DNA of 64,000 bases. Origin: Paraspadella gotoi. Its lineage: Eukaryota; Animalia; Chaetognatha. Shown in pieces: positions 1 through 12,472 of the stretch. Numbering within the stretch: position 1 is the first letter of the stretch; each line of letters opens with the position of its first letter. Location of the stretch: positions 6,139,110-6,203,109 of the forward strand of contig CM119264.1 of assembly GCA_051294375.1 (NCBI GenBank), written 5' to 3'. Below the pieces are notes generated by a model, which had not been told where the DNA came from, did no database searches, and saw nothing but the letters and a program-made list of their open reading frames with translations. The translations under genes were made by a program, and so were the position numbers.

Positions 1-1454
1 GTGATAAAGCTGGATATAAATTTTTTGATGGAATAGTAGGTGTATTGAACTAAGTTCATAGAGGTGGCTGTCTTTGACAACTAACTGACTGAGCTGATCC
101 TGCGCTATCAAAACGAGAGGAATTCGAGTTTAGATGGCGCGGACGAGACGATGGCGCCGGTCTGATGCTCAAGATGAGGTATCTGATGACAAAGTCGAAG
201 CCCAGCACTTCTATCTTAAGTTGATGAGATGAGGGAGTTAGAAGTCCTGGGCAAGGAATAACAAAACATTTAATACACACTCAGCAAATATATATATAAA
301 GTTTAAAGAATCCATCTTACTTGTTTCTGAAGCCAATTTGTAGAAATGGTTTGCCTCTATCACAAGGAAAGTCCACCAATCCAGCAATCACTAGTTTCTT
401 GTAAAAAGAAGTTTCCGAGATATCTAAAAAGCGATTTTATCTTTAAAAAAGTATTGAAAACGCATTGCAAGACTGAACAAGATCTGAGAAGTTACACGTC
501 GATAGAAATCAATGCTGAAATCTATCGAAACGGCGGGAACCAATCAGAAACAGCCATGCGTAGCCTCTCGGAAAACTGTACTTAAGTATATATACTATGA
601 TACAAATTCGAAACCAAAGATGTCGCTGTGATCGCCGGAGAAACGGAGTTTCCCTGCGTTAGTAAGAGAGAATAAAAGAGCATCGGGGAGAAAGTAGAGA
701 AGTTTGGATTTCCTCGAGATATATTGATAATGATTTCGTAACAACTCTTTAAAACAAACAAAGAAGCAAATGAAATAAAACTANNNNNNNNNNNNNNNNN
801 NNNNNNNNNNNNNNNNNNNNNNNNNNNNNNNNNNNNNNNNNNNNNNNNNNNNNNNNNNNNNNNNNNNNNNNNNNNNNNNNNNNAATATAAAAAGAAAAAG
901 AAGCATAATCAATTAGTAAAACATGTTTTTTTTCAATTTAAACTCATTTCCACTCAAACGATTGCTCATTGCGAAAACTTGCATTTCCAGTCTTTAATCA
1001 CACACTTTCCTCCCCACATACAAGAATTTTTTCATGTCAATCTCCCTCATTCCATCTCATAAGTAATTTGGGTGGTTCAAATAGTTGAAATATATTTTTG
1101 TTTTTTCCATTTAAACCTCATTGTCTACCTCTACCGAGTAACATCGAAACGGTTTCATATTCCAAGGGCTCAATCACACACTTCCCTACCCACACACAGC
1201 AAATTTTCATTCCAATTCCATCAATCCAATTCACGAAGTTTTTTGGCTAAGGTGGCGACGGAACGGCCTCCAACGGACATAATTTTGCCATTATTTATCA
1301 TAATTCGATGTTTCTGATCATGATATAAGTGATGATGCCCGACAGATTTAATGGGGCGGACCGACGGACCGACAAAGTGAATTAAAAAAAAAATCGGTAA
1401 GGGGTGTATCCAAATCTCACCCCTGGAAAATATAACTAGAATTATCTAGTTTTA

Positions 1455-3317
1455 TGAGTGTTTACGCAATATGCAAGTATCCATGTACACGAACAATAAT
1501 AATGCTTAAAAATATTGCTCATTGCATCGGTCGTTGTACTTGCCATAAGGCTTTTTTATTATATCATTATGATCTTGGGAAAAAAAAATATAATACATTC
1601 TTGGCAAACAAAAGGTCCGCAATCTCCAAGAGATAAAATTTTCGGAAATATAACAATTCTTAGTCACCACACATTATCAATAATAGGTATTGACGTACCT
1701 GGATCGATTCAAGCGAAGTTTATATGCATTTCCAATATTTTTTTCTTCAGGGAATCAGAGAATAAAATCTCCTTTTCTGCTCTAGGCAAAGCAAGAAAAT
1801 ACCGGTTCATTTCAATTTCGTGTCGCGGTGACCTATCTTATCAAAAGAATCGGATTTATGAATTTGAATACTAAGTCTAGTCCGATAAACCATTGTTTGA
1901 GAGCTAAACAATAGTACAAAAAAGGAAAGCTAGTATTTTAAAAATGATTCTTTCACCAAACTTTTTTTCTACTACTTGTTAAAAAAATGATCGACTTTTA
2001 TTTATATTACGTATGTTTTTTCATTTTTCATTATTTGTTANNNNNNNNNNNNNNNNNNNNNNNNNCCAAAAATTTTAAAAAATGGATTAGTTTTTATGTG
2101 AAAAAAATTTAAAAAAATAAAATGCAACAATATGCAAATGAGTTTTTAAAAATGTTGAGAAAAATTTTTGCTTTAGGCTTATTAAAATGATTTTTAACTG
2201 ATTTATAGGCAAAGAATAACATTATTTTGCAATAATTTTTTTAGCAGGATTGACAATTGAATTTTGTTAAAAAAAAAATGTGCCTGTTGTCAAAAGTTTT
2301 TCAAAAATGATTGAAATTTATAAGTATTGTTAGGACTACTCAAGGCCACCTATTTACTAAAATTTAAAACCATAATATTCACAAATAAGGAAGTTATTGC
2401 ATCTTGAAGAAAATGACCCATCTAAAATATTAGCACTGATAAATATGGAAAAAATTTTTTGATAGTAACAATATTTTCTACAGAAGTTTACAAACCCTCT
2501 TGAGTATAAGTTGGCCAAAATTTTAAGAAAAAAATTTAAAATATATTAGAGCTATGCAAGTTTTTAAAAAAAAATATTTTGACCCAATTTTTAGTGGTTT
2601 AAGATTATTTTTTTGAAAAATTGCGTTAAATGGGCAATAGCCAGCCATCCAGGCAACTTCCTATAAAATCTTAAAGCCATTTATCCTATAAATGGAAAAG
2701 TTATTCCATGTACAGACTTACGACATTCTAGGTTTCCGGGTACTGTTAGTTTTTAGAGTGTGTAATGTGTATGCAATATGAAAGTATGCATGTATTCGAA
2801 CAATAATAATGCTAAAAATTATTGCTAATTGCGTAATTGATGTAATTTTTTTTTTGCGTTTCAGTATGTAAGACTTTCTATAGTTGTACCACAATGTACA
2901 GGCAAACAAAATGTCCAAGAGATAATATTTTGGGATATATAACAAGTCTTAGTCACCACACATTATCAATAATAGGTATTGACGTACCTGGATCGATTCA
3001 AAGCGAAGTTTATATGATTTTCCAATATTTTTTCTTCACGGAATCAGTGAATAAATTCTCCTTTTCTGCCGTTGGCAAAGTAAGAAAATACCGGTTCTTG
3101 TCCCTCCCATTTCACGTGCAAATTTCGTTGTCGGCGTGACCTTCGATCTTAAACCGGATTTATGAATTTGAAAACTAAGTCTAGTTCGAATAAACCATTG
3201 GTTGAGAGCTAAGAATATACAAAAACAGAAAGACTAGTGTTTTAAAATGATACTGTAACGAAACTTTTTTTCTACTACTTGTTAAAATAAATGATCGACT
3301 TTATTTATATTATGTAT
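1455..3317 (+). repeat. Diverged ~560-bp direct repeat pair (about 1455-2020 and 2765-3317)
   Basis: Both copies share long blocks, e.g. 'tcttagtcaccacacattatcaataataggtattgacgtacctggatcgattcaa' and 'aaactttttttctactacttgttaaaa...atgatcgacttt'. The ORF track shows the same SHHTLSIIGIDVPGSIQ peptide twice. Confidence 0.85.
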
Positions 3318-3318
3318 T

Positions 3319-3446
3319 TATGGCGGACTAAAAACCACCAACCGTTCATCAGCGGCCATTGTGCTGAGGCAAGTCATTCGCCATCTCAACCTGCTTAAAT
3401 TGAACGGTTCTGTCACTAACACATAACAATAATTACTGTCTCTTCA
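3319..3446 (+). mobile_element. Internally deleted solo LTR of the tRNA-bearing TRIM family
   Basis: Keeps both LTR ends (tatggcggactaaaa... and ...aattactgtctcttca) and the 5' half of the tRNA-like module. Flanked by gtat(t)/gaat. The paralogous repeat copy has the empty site gtat at 2011-2014. Confidence 0.85.
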
Positions 3447-3833
3447 GAATGTTCTTTAATTTTTTATATTTTTTTAAAATAGCTAATTTAATGTGTAATT
3501 TTTATATCTTTGCCATTTTTATTCGCTTTTATCAAATTTGAATGGATATTTATTATTATTATTATTATATTATTTATTTATTATACATACTGTAGTTGTT
3601 ATAAAGTCAGAATAAACAGAAGTAGTTTAACCTCAATCAAGTTGACCAATGGACTTAGTGTTCCCCAAAGGGGAATTTTTCCGGAAGGATCCTTTGGGCA
3701 ATGATCCCCAAAAAACATTATGTTTAAGTTTAATCGAACTTGACTTCATAAAAAATTCATTAAATCACCTTAATCCAGAAATGCTCTCTTCCCTTTCATG
3801 CCTCTATTGCCTCTTTCTCTCTTTTTTTTCCAG

Positions 3834-4908
3834 ACAACTCCACCGCCATTCATTTCAATGGAGTTGAGATATTTATCCGCCACGAATTCTCCGCTCAGAA
3901 ATTCCAAATTGAATGCCGTTGCCATTGGCGGCGGCGGCGGCGGCAGCAGCGGCGCCGTGGGCTGGCTGTCCGACCAGAACTTTCTCGAACCGGTCGAACA
4001 AAAGAGCAACGCTCAGCGAACAGCGCCTCTCAAACTCTCGTCGCACTTTAAAACTAATTCCTTGCCCGAACAAAATGACATTCCGAGACCGAGGACGACG
4101 ACGACGGAAAGCGGAACCGCGAAGCGTCGGAGGAGGCACTGTGACATGAACGGGACCTTCGAGGGAGGAGGAAGAGGAGGAGCAGGAAGGGAAGGGGAGC
4201 TCTGCGACGGAGGCTGCCGTCGTATAGAAGATCGCTGGAGCAGGATCGATGGCGAGGACGCCGGCCGATGGAGCGGAGACGGCGGTAGTGAAGTCGAAAG
4301 AGAATTTGAGCGCGGCGAAAGTGGGCGCGGCGAAAGCGTACGTCGCGTGATCGAAGACGATTCGGAGATCGATTTCGTGGACGACGACGTTTCGAGTCCG
4401 AAAGAGGAAGAAGGAGGAGGAAGAGGAGGATCGAGTGGGCGTGGCACCGAAAGCGACGTCCTCAAGGACAACTCTTTGGAGAACGAACCGGAGGAGTTGC
4501 AAGACGCCGGCGCCAGCGTCAATCCTTTGACGAAGGTAAGGACAAGCGCGGAGGTGAGGAATGTAGGAATATTCTTTTTTTTGCCGTTTTGTTTTTTCAA
4601 TTAATTCTTTGTTTCGGAGGAAAATTGGTTTAGAAAAGCCTGTGCCATAACTAAACCAACGAAGGAAGTAGGTTGGTTGATTACGGATCAACACGATCAA
4701 TCGTTTCCTGCGTTGATATTATAGTAAAAAATAATAAAAAAATAAACAATTTCGTATAAACATTCTACCTCATGTTTTAGCAAAATGAAGCCAATTACTT
4801 CCGTCAGTAGAGAATAAGTCTTCCTTTTGTGTTCAGGTGATGAACGAAAACGGTTGGCAGGAGCGGAAAATGCAGCAGCGCGCCGTCCAGCATGCTCTGC
4901 TGGTTAAG
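3834..4908 (+). CDS. Two spliced exons (3834-4535 and 4837-4908) of an unidentified, low-complexity/disordered protein; gene incomplete
   Basis: GC-rich open frame after a polypyrimidine-cag acceptor, with ATG at 3858. Donor aag|gtaag at 4535, acceptor ttcag| at 4836, then a 72-nt in-frame exon VMNENGWQERKMQQRAVQHALLVK ending aag|gtaagt. No recognisable domain. Confidence 0.6.
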
Positions 4909-6115
4909 GTAAGTTTGATTGAGGTGGGAAATGAAGGACTTTGCTAGATCGTGTTGGGAGAAAAGACCTAGAGCTGAAAAGTGGAGTATAATTTGTATGA
5001 GATGTCACTGCCTTTTCTTTATTTACATTCAATTACGATTGGAAAAGCTTCGCCTTAAAATTTCTCATGTCTGCAAAACGTGAGGTCAAGCCGAGGTCAG
5101 AATAAAGGTCAAGACCCGACGGATCTGTAACAAGTGCTTTTTATTTGATCGTACTTCCAAAGTTGTTTGCTTTGCCGAAAGGAATACATTTCTCTTAGAT
5201 AAAATTTGGACGAAAATATGAATGTAAACAAACAAGACAAAGGATTCGTTTCATGAGCTTAGAAAAAGAATAGAGAAATATATCGCTTTATAAGCCAATA
5301 TAGTATAAACTGGACGTGCCTCCTTATAAACAAATGGTTTATTTTTTGGGAATTATTCTTTATTACTTTACGCCAACTTTCTTTTATGTGACTTGTAAAG
5401 CGGGGGCAACGTTGATTTTTGACCGAAAGAGGCGTGGATAAGGAGTGGGAGGTAGTCGCGGGAAATTAAACTTGAAGCTTGAAAAGAGAAAAAAACGGAA
5501 GAGAAAAAAAAGGGAAAAGATGGAAAGACGGAGTGAAATTGAAAGAGAAAATTTAAATACATGAGGAAGAAGGAAGGAAGAAAAGAAGGAAAACGAAAGT
5601 AAAAAAAATAAAGATGGTAAAGACTATAAGAAAAAAAGATGGTAGAAGTAGAAGGTATAAAAATAAATTGAGAAAACCAAAAAGAGTGAGAGTAAAAAAA
5701 ACCCCAAAAAAAAAAAAAAAAACAAACAAACAACCACAAAGATACGACGAACGAATTGTTCATCGAAAATTATGGACTCGTCGGTCGTCATGAGTGGCGC
5801 AAATGGCCGATGAGCGCGTACCAATAAAGAAAACTGACCAAATGGCCGATGGAGCGCGTACCATAAAGAAAACTGACCCCTATCATTATCTCTGTATTCG
5901 GAAAAAAGAAAAGGAAAATCGATTAGCGCTCGAGCAAAAAAGAAGCTCGAATTATTGAAAAAAAAAGAAGTTTTGTGTATTTAGTATTTTATTTTAACAT
6001 TGTTATTAATTTATTCACAGTGTTGGAACGTGTTGAGTTGTAATTTTATGAAGCATATGATAGAATCTGCAAATCGTCGTTGTGGAATCTTTGCAGCCAT
6101 AAAAGGTGGCTGCGT

Positions 6116-6777
6116 TGAAGAGACCAGTAATTATTGATATGTGTTAATGGCAGAAGCCGTTTCCAAGACTATATAAGCAGTCCCTGAGCTTCGGATCAGG
6201 CTGTAACACCATGTTTAGGCGAGTTAAGCGCCCCGTCCCTCTTAACTGCCAGAGGACCACCGGGCTAGAACCCCGGACCTTTGGTTGGGAGGCGAATGAC
6301 TTGCCTCCGGCACCAATGGCCGCTGATGAACGGTTGGTGGATTTTAGTCCACCATACATCCCCCCTCCGTAAGGAGAAGTCTGTTGCGTCTCTTCAGTGT
6401 ATTGTTGTGTTTGGTGGAAAGTGCGTCACCAAGTTGAGGCATGTCGCCTGATGTGTTGATTGCGGAAAGAGTGCATCGCCAGGTTGAGGCATGTCGCCTG
6501 AAAGTGTTGTTGTTGCTGTTGTGTTCGGAAGTCGGGCTCACCAATGAAGAGACAGTAATTATTGATATGTGTTAATGACAGAACCGTTCAATATAAGCAG
6601 TCCCTGAGCTTCGGATCAGGCTGTAACACCATGTTACAGGCGGGTTAAGCGCCCCGTCCCTCTTAACTGCAGACGACCACCGGGCTAGAACCCCGGACCT
6701 TTGGGTTGGGAGGGGAATGACTTGCCTCCGGCACCAATGGCCGCTGATGAACGGTTGGTGGATTTTAGTCCACCATA
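6116..6777 (-). mobile_element. TRIM (miniature non-autonomous LTR retrotransposon), copy 1
   Basis: LTRs at 6545-6777 (5') and 6116-6356 (3'). PBS TGGTGAGCCCGAC at 6543-6531, 1 nt after the LTR's ...CTTCA. Purine tract (ACGGA followed by a G run) just before the 3' LTR. 4-bp TSD gcgt at 6112-6115 and 6778-6781. Confidence 0.9.
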
Positions 6778-7821
6778 GCGTGGTGATTACTTGTAATTCA
6801 GCATCCAAGATGGGGAGGAAAATTGTATCAGAAGTTAAACGTATATGTTAGATGGAAACCAGAGAGCACTAAGTTATTGAAACAAAGGTTTCTGTTGCCT
6901 TTGAATATGATCAGCTTTCAAAAAATCAAAGAATGCGTCCCAGTTTTTTTTTTTTTTTTTTTTTTCTGAAATAAAAAAGACAATTGACAATTAAGACAAT
7001 AAGAAGATTAAACGAGTTAAGACGTATGGAGTATTGAGCAAGAAAAATGTGCACTAATGCACTAAAATAAAATTCAAACAATTAAGGATCATTGCGGACA
7101 TTGCAAATTGGGAAAAGTATTAAATATATCAATGAAATATCATGAGTGAATATTACATTAACACTAGGCCAGTTTGCCATTTTTTGCCAGTGGTTTTGGC
7201 CAAAAATTTGCCATTTAGTTGGTGAAAAAAATTCTCAGATTTTGAAAATCCACCAGCGTGTAGAAAGGTTCACCCAGGATAACCGGAGGCTCCTAAATTC
7301 AGATTTTGGAGGAGTAGGGGTGACCAGAGGCTGAACGAACCAGATGGTTGTGGCAGTATGGTACACCGAGATGATTCAAAAGAAATGGAAACAACCTTCT
7401 CAACAACAAGAAATGCTGCGTCACTCACCTTTTTATTAGCTCTCATTAAGCCTTAACATCTTTATTTAATTTTTTGTACTGGGGTAACATTAATTAGATG
7501 TTTTGGCAAAACCCCAAGTCGTTAACTGCGCTGGGTCAGATTTTAGAAGCAAATATGCAGCAGATTACCGGCGACATTTTTTTCTCAATCCTAATGAATT
7601 TTAAGAATCAAATTTTCTTTCTCTTACTCTTGTATAAATCTGGTACTTTTTAAAAACTTCAAAGACTTTTTTATCAAATGACATATAATAAGTTAACTTT
7701 TATTAAGTAGTTTCGGTGTAATAAATTTTTACTTTGTGTCACGGAGAATGTTTTTATCTTTAGTTTAATCAACCAATATAATAGAGTCGCCATTTGTTTC
7801 CATATGATCAGGATTTTTTAT

Positions 7822-10800
7822 TTATTTTAAACAATGCCCAAAAGTCAACTTATCATTCTTATAACGGTGATAAACTAGTAGAATTATCAAGACCAAGAGG
7901 CTTAAAAAAGCTACGCTACCAGCAGCATAAAATACCAGAGGGTAGTAGTCAAAATGTTCCTGAATTAGACCTGAAAAAATTATAAATCCATATGTAACTT
8001 TAACTAAGTGATGTTTTTCAAAACTACAAAAAGTATTTTACCAAAAAGTGTTGGAACACCCAAATTCACGCAACCAGCTATGAAGGTTGAAAATGCTAAA
8101 GTATATGACAAATTTTCTGTTCCATAAAAGTCTGGCAAAAATGCGTAATAAATCCCAATCCATCCTCCTTTTTACAATTAATTCTGAGGTTATTTTATAA
8201 AGTATTGGGTGACAAAAAGCGAATGTTATTAATTTTTTGGCCCCATAAGGCCATAAGGTCATAAGGCCCATAAGAATAAGCTAAGCTAAAGCTTTCATTT
8301 GACTCTTTTACAATAATTTTTATAAATGATTTAAAAAGCTTTTTCCATTTAAATAGAATTATGAGTTTTGAATCCGGACCCTGTAGGGTTTAGGGTTAAG
8401 AGATAAGGTTAGTGATCAGGGGTTATAGTTATGAATACAAGGTCGGCACGAGGTTAGGAATTAGGGATATAAATGGGATTAATTTTCTAAAAAATAAGTT
8501 TAGATATTTGGGTTAAAATTAAGTTCAGGAATTAAGAACACAAATGAGGTACTTTCGGAAAATTGTGCCGGTACTCACCAAAAGTGACACCGATCAAGAA
8601 GCTGGCGCAAACAAATTGCGCGAAGGATTTACTCAAACCCACGAAGATGGCGCCCATCACTTCCAGAACCTCGTTGACAATGAGAACCATAAAATTCTTC
8701 CGACGAAAAACTTGAAATGTTAACAGTTGACCAATGAGAACACGAGTCAAGAGGTCACTGCAACTAAGGCACAGCACCAACGTTGCAATCTGTATGATAA
8801 TTGATTGCAACAAGACTAAGAATGGTTTTACAAACTTTTCTTTAAATTTAAATGTTAGAAATTTGATCTATTTTATTATAATTAATTATTTAAACTAACC
8901 TGAATTATTTACATCATCATCGTCGATGCCGTTTAAGGCTGCCCACGAAGGATGGTAAATGAGCACGGATATCATCCCCCGTAATGAAGTCCCACGTAGA
9001 TCAGATTGAGAACAAAAAAGGGGGTCCGTCAACAGAGCCTTGGCTTCCAACGCTTTCTTGACGGCCTCTTCTTTCTCTGGAACTTCCGCACTGGCTTTTT
9101 CATTCGTTCTCTACACTGTTCTTTTTGCCATCTCTATATGTCTGTTCGAATCCTCATCAATGGACTGTTTACCCCCAACCCTCTTGGTGTTTTCTTCTTT
9201 CACCGGTTCCCCGTTGGTCTTAGTTTTACAACAGCCACTTTTTGCGTTGGTCCTGACTGTCCCTGAATCCAACCCTGAATCCAACCCTGAATCCAACCTT
9301 GAATCCAACCCTGAATCCAACCCTGAATCCAACCCTGAATCCGGTACTATGTTTCCCTCTTCTTCATGGCTTCCGTTCTTCTGTTTAGTACCCCGACTCG
9401 GTTCTCCTGTATCCCCCTTTCTTCCACGAAAACTCCGCAAAAGCATCCCGGCCGGGAACAGATGGAGAAAGACCCCGGCGAGGATGAGGAAGCAGCCTCT
9501 CCAACCAAATTCCTGCGTCAGAAAGAGGAAGAGCTTGGGGAAGACGAGTCCGCCAATGGGGGCGCCGGTGTTGGCTATCGCAAAGGCGAGAGGGCGGTAG
9601 CGGTCCGTCCAGGAACCAAGAACGACAAATGCCGAGAAAAAAGAAGCGCTCGAGCCAATGAAACCCAAAGCACACTGTGATATGGGAAATAATATGATTT
9701 GATTGTTAGTGTTAAATTGTTATCAAGAAAAACTTTTTTATATTTTCTTTTTGTTTTGTAGTTAAAGCAAAAATTTAACAATGGGAAGAAATAGTATCAA
9801 TTTACAATGAAAAACCAGGATGGAAAAAAAATTGTCGCGGTTAATTTTATTGTCAAATATATTTTTGGCCGATAAATAGGATTAAAAAGATTATTTCTTA
9901 ACCGCATGAAATTTTTTAATGCATACAAATACTTCCAACTGTTTTCACCTGTTTTTGATCAAGAGGTCTACTCACATTGTTATTAATATTATATCTCTGA
10001 AATGATATTTTTTATCAGATTTAGGGCAAAAAAATGGTCCTTGGCAAGCAGTAAAAAAGATTGATCCTCTATAAAGTAAACCATGCTTGAGTTGTTACTG
10101 CATAATATGATTTTCAACAAAATATTTGATTTTTTTTTATTTGTTTGATATTTGGTTCTGATAAAACATCCATAAGTAAATAAAAAAGATAACTGCTCAC
10201 AGAAAGGTTACCCGGAGCCTCATAACTTTTAATGATAGTTTACAATATAATAAGAATATTCTGGAGCTTCTACAGCATCAATGTATTTTTCATACCGTTT
10301 TTTATATATGAATTATGATTCATCCCTGAATCTATCCTAATAAAGATGATGCAATTACCATTTGATATGAGACTGAGAAAAGGCAAGGATTTTTAAAAAT
10401 TACTCTAAAAGTAATAAAATTATAAAAAAGAATCGTAAATTAATATAAATAAAAAGTGTAGATATGTATGAAAAATATAAAAAAGAAGGAAACATTTTTT
10501 TGGACAACTCATCTTCATTTGCATGGAACTCTTATATTTTTTGTTGTACATAAATGAGATCCAGCTCACATGAATCACAGGAGGCAAAAGTTTTTCGATA
10601 TTTAAATTTTATTTTTCGATTCTTACATTTAAATGCCGAAAAATAGCTGGAAAGTAACCGCGACAATTTTTTTCAATCATGGTATAATTTGTTGTAACTA
10701 CGTATGAGACTGAAAAAGCGCTCAAATAATCACTATAAATAGGCAGATATATTAAAAAACATTACTTTGGAAGGCATGTCTCAAAGAAAACAGCTAAAAT

Positions 10801-11371
10801 ATAGGTTTATTTTCTTTAAATATCAATAAAACTGTAGTCTAAATAAAAAGCTTGTTTAAACTACTACAGTACTACACTTTTATTTCGATCCGGACTCTAC
10901 TCACCAGTATGGCGAGCGAACCCAATGAGCTCGCCCATGAGGTAGCCATCAATGCTGCGGAGCTGACAACGCTGCCCGCCGAGCAGATGACGCTCGGCGG
11001 CAAACGTCTTACTAACACCATCATCATTAGACTGGCCAAGCCTTCCATGGACCAGCAGCAAGCCGCAACGAATGCCGCCTCTGACTGTTTAAACGTTGTT
11101 AAAAAAAGTTATGTCAGCTTGTGACAATCATATTTACTTACGTTGGCGACTCCAAAATCTCTTTCCCAGTCGTCTAGAAAGATGCCTAACGTCCTCACTG
11201 AACCAAAGTTGATTGTGACTGAGATAAAAGTAGCAAAGCAGATAATCCACCCACGAACCCCATCTTTTACATCTAAAAAGAATCATTGATTAAAAAAATG
11301 AATTTGGTATTTTTGTTCAATTGTAAATTAAATATGTTCAAACCTGTAGAATGATTACTGTCTCCTTTCAT
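7822..11371 (-). CDS. SLC16/monocarboxylate transporter-like MFS protein, ~528 codons in 7 exons, with an in-frame TAG and two compensating indels (pseudogene or assembly error)
   Basis: Exons 11371-11344, 11272-11142, 11084-10905, 9674-8913, 8789-8579, 8167-8042 and 7970-7822, all GT-AG with matching phases. MCT-family motifs: KDGVRGW, RYRPLAFAIANTG..IGGLVFP, FGWRGCFLILAG..LH, LLTDPLF, LPDFYGTENL. A further upstream exon cannot be excluded. Confidence 0.85.
9262..9342. repeat. 12-bp tandem repeat (cctgaatccaac)n, 6-7 units, coding (DSGL)n in the transporter's central loop
   Basis: Seen directly; frame-preserving. Confidence 0.95.
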
Positions 11372-12472
11372 CCTTTCATTGATCCCTTTGGTGAAGAATA
11401 TAAGCAATTAAAATAAAAGAACTTAGACTTAATTTAAGAAAAAATGACTGCAATTGCTTGAAGATTTTAGTTTTTGTTGACCTAAAAAAATTTAGTTACT
11501 AATATTATATATTTTTTTAAGTGCAAAAATGATGCCCGTGTTTTCAAAGTCCTGCCAGAAAACCGGTTACATTCAATTTTCTCGATTAGCTGGTTTAGAT
11601 TTGATGAAATTGATTAGTTGAGATAAAATGTAACTTTGGATATTCTATCGTAGATTCTAAAATTTTAAACTTGATTCTCTTACTAGTAGGAAAGAAACTC
11701 CTCATCAGTCTTAGGGCCATAGTTTAAAAATAATTGTTGCACATATGTGATTCATGCTTGTGTTGCACGTGATCAACTAGAAAGAGGACAACGTATTAAG
11801 AAAGTAAATTGAAACTATTATTTTTTCTTTGATTTGGCAGATTGCGGGGGACGGCCAATGAGGCGATCTCGCATGCAGGGCGTTTCAAAGACGCCTCCCG
11901 TCGGGAATTGTAAATTGCAAATTGTAATGTAATCGCCCTTCGGGACTCAAACAGAGAAGCTCTTTCGATATTTTTGCGTACAGGGAAAGTGGATTTTCTT
12001 TAATTAAGGTTCCAACAAAAAGAAAAAAAAGATTTAAAAAAGTTTTATAAGACGTACCAAAAAAATATATACAACGTGACCATTTGAAACTCGCCGCTAG
12101 AAAAAATTCACCAAAAGAAAATGTGATTCTGTAATCTATAAAAAAATATTTTTGAGGCCAAGTTAAAGTTATAAGGTATAGATTTATAACTCCCTTAGTT
12201 TTAAGAATAGTCAGTGGCAAAGTATATTACTTTTAAGAAATTATAATCAATATTCCTGAATCAATTTTTAACGGGCTTTTTTATGATCCCCATATTAGCA
12301 CTAATTAGTCAGTTTATGATTGTTTAACAGGGCCATCAATTCCAGGTGTCAAATTTCCCTTTACTTCTGATTGAAAAGCTCGAATTTGCTCCTTATCTTT
12401 TTTTTATACATAAAAAATGAGTGCATCTTGTCTTCATATACCTTTTGTCAAAATGTTAAAATCTCTACGCGT

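Noticed and set aside
1-720. Possible LTR-like fragments at the window start (and at 62195-62600)
   Set aside because: No second copy, PBS/PPT or TSD could be established within the window.
3873-4700. Minus-strand ORFs of 275 and 195 aa
   Set aside because: Antisense shadows of the GC-rich + strand exon, which has the splice signals.
6320-6380. CTGATGA in the TRIM LTR suggesting a hammerhead ribozyme (retrozyme)
   Set aside because: It lies on the element's antisense strand and there is no GAAA after a stem II in any permutation. The motif is explained by the aaccgttca/tgaacggtt helix and the start of the tRNA-like module.
9040-9600. + strand 186-aa ORF with (ESNP)n
   Set aside because: Antisense of SLC16 exon 4.
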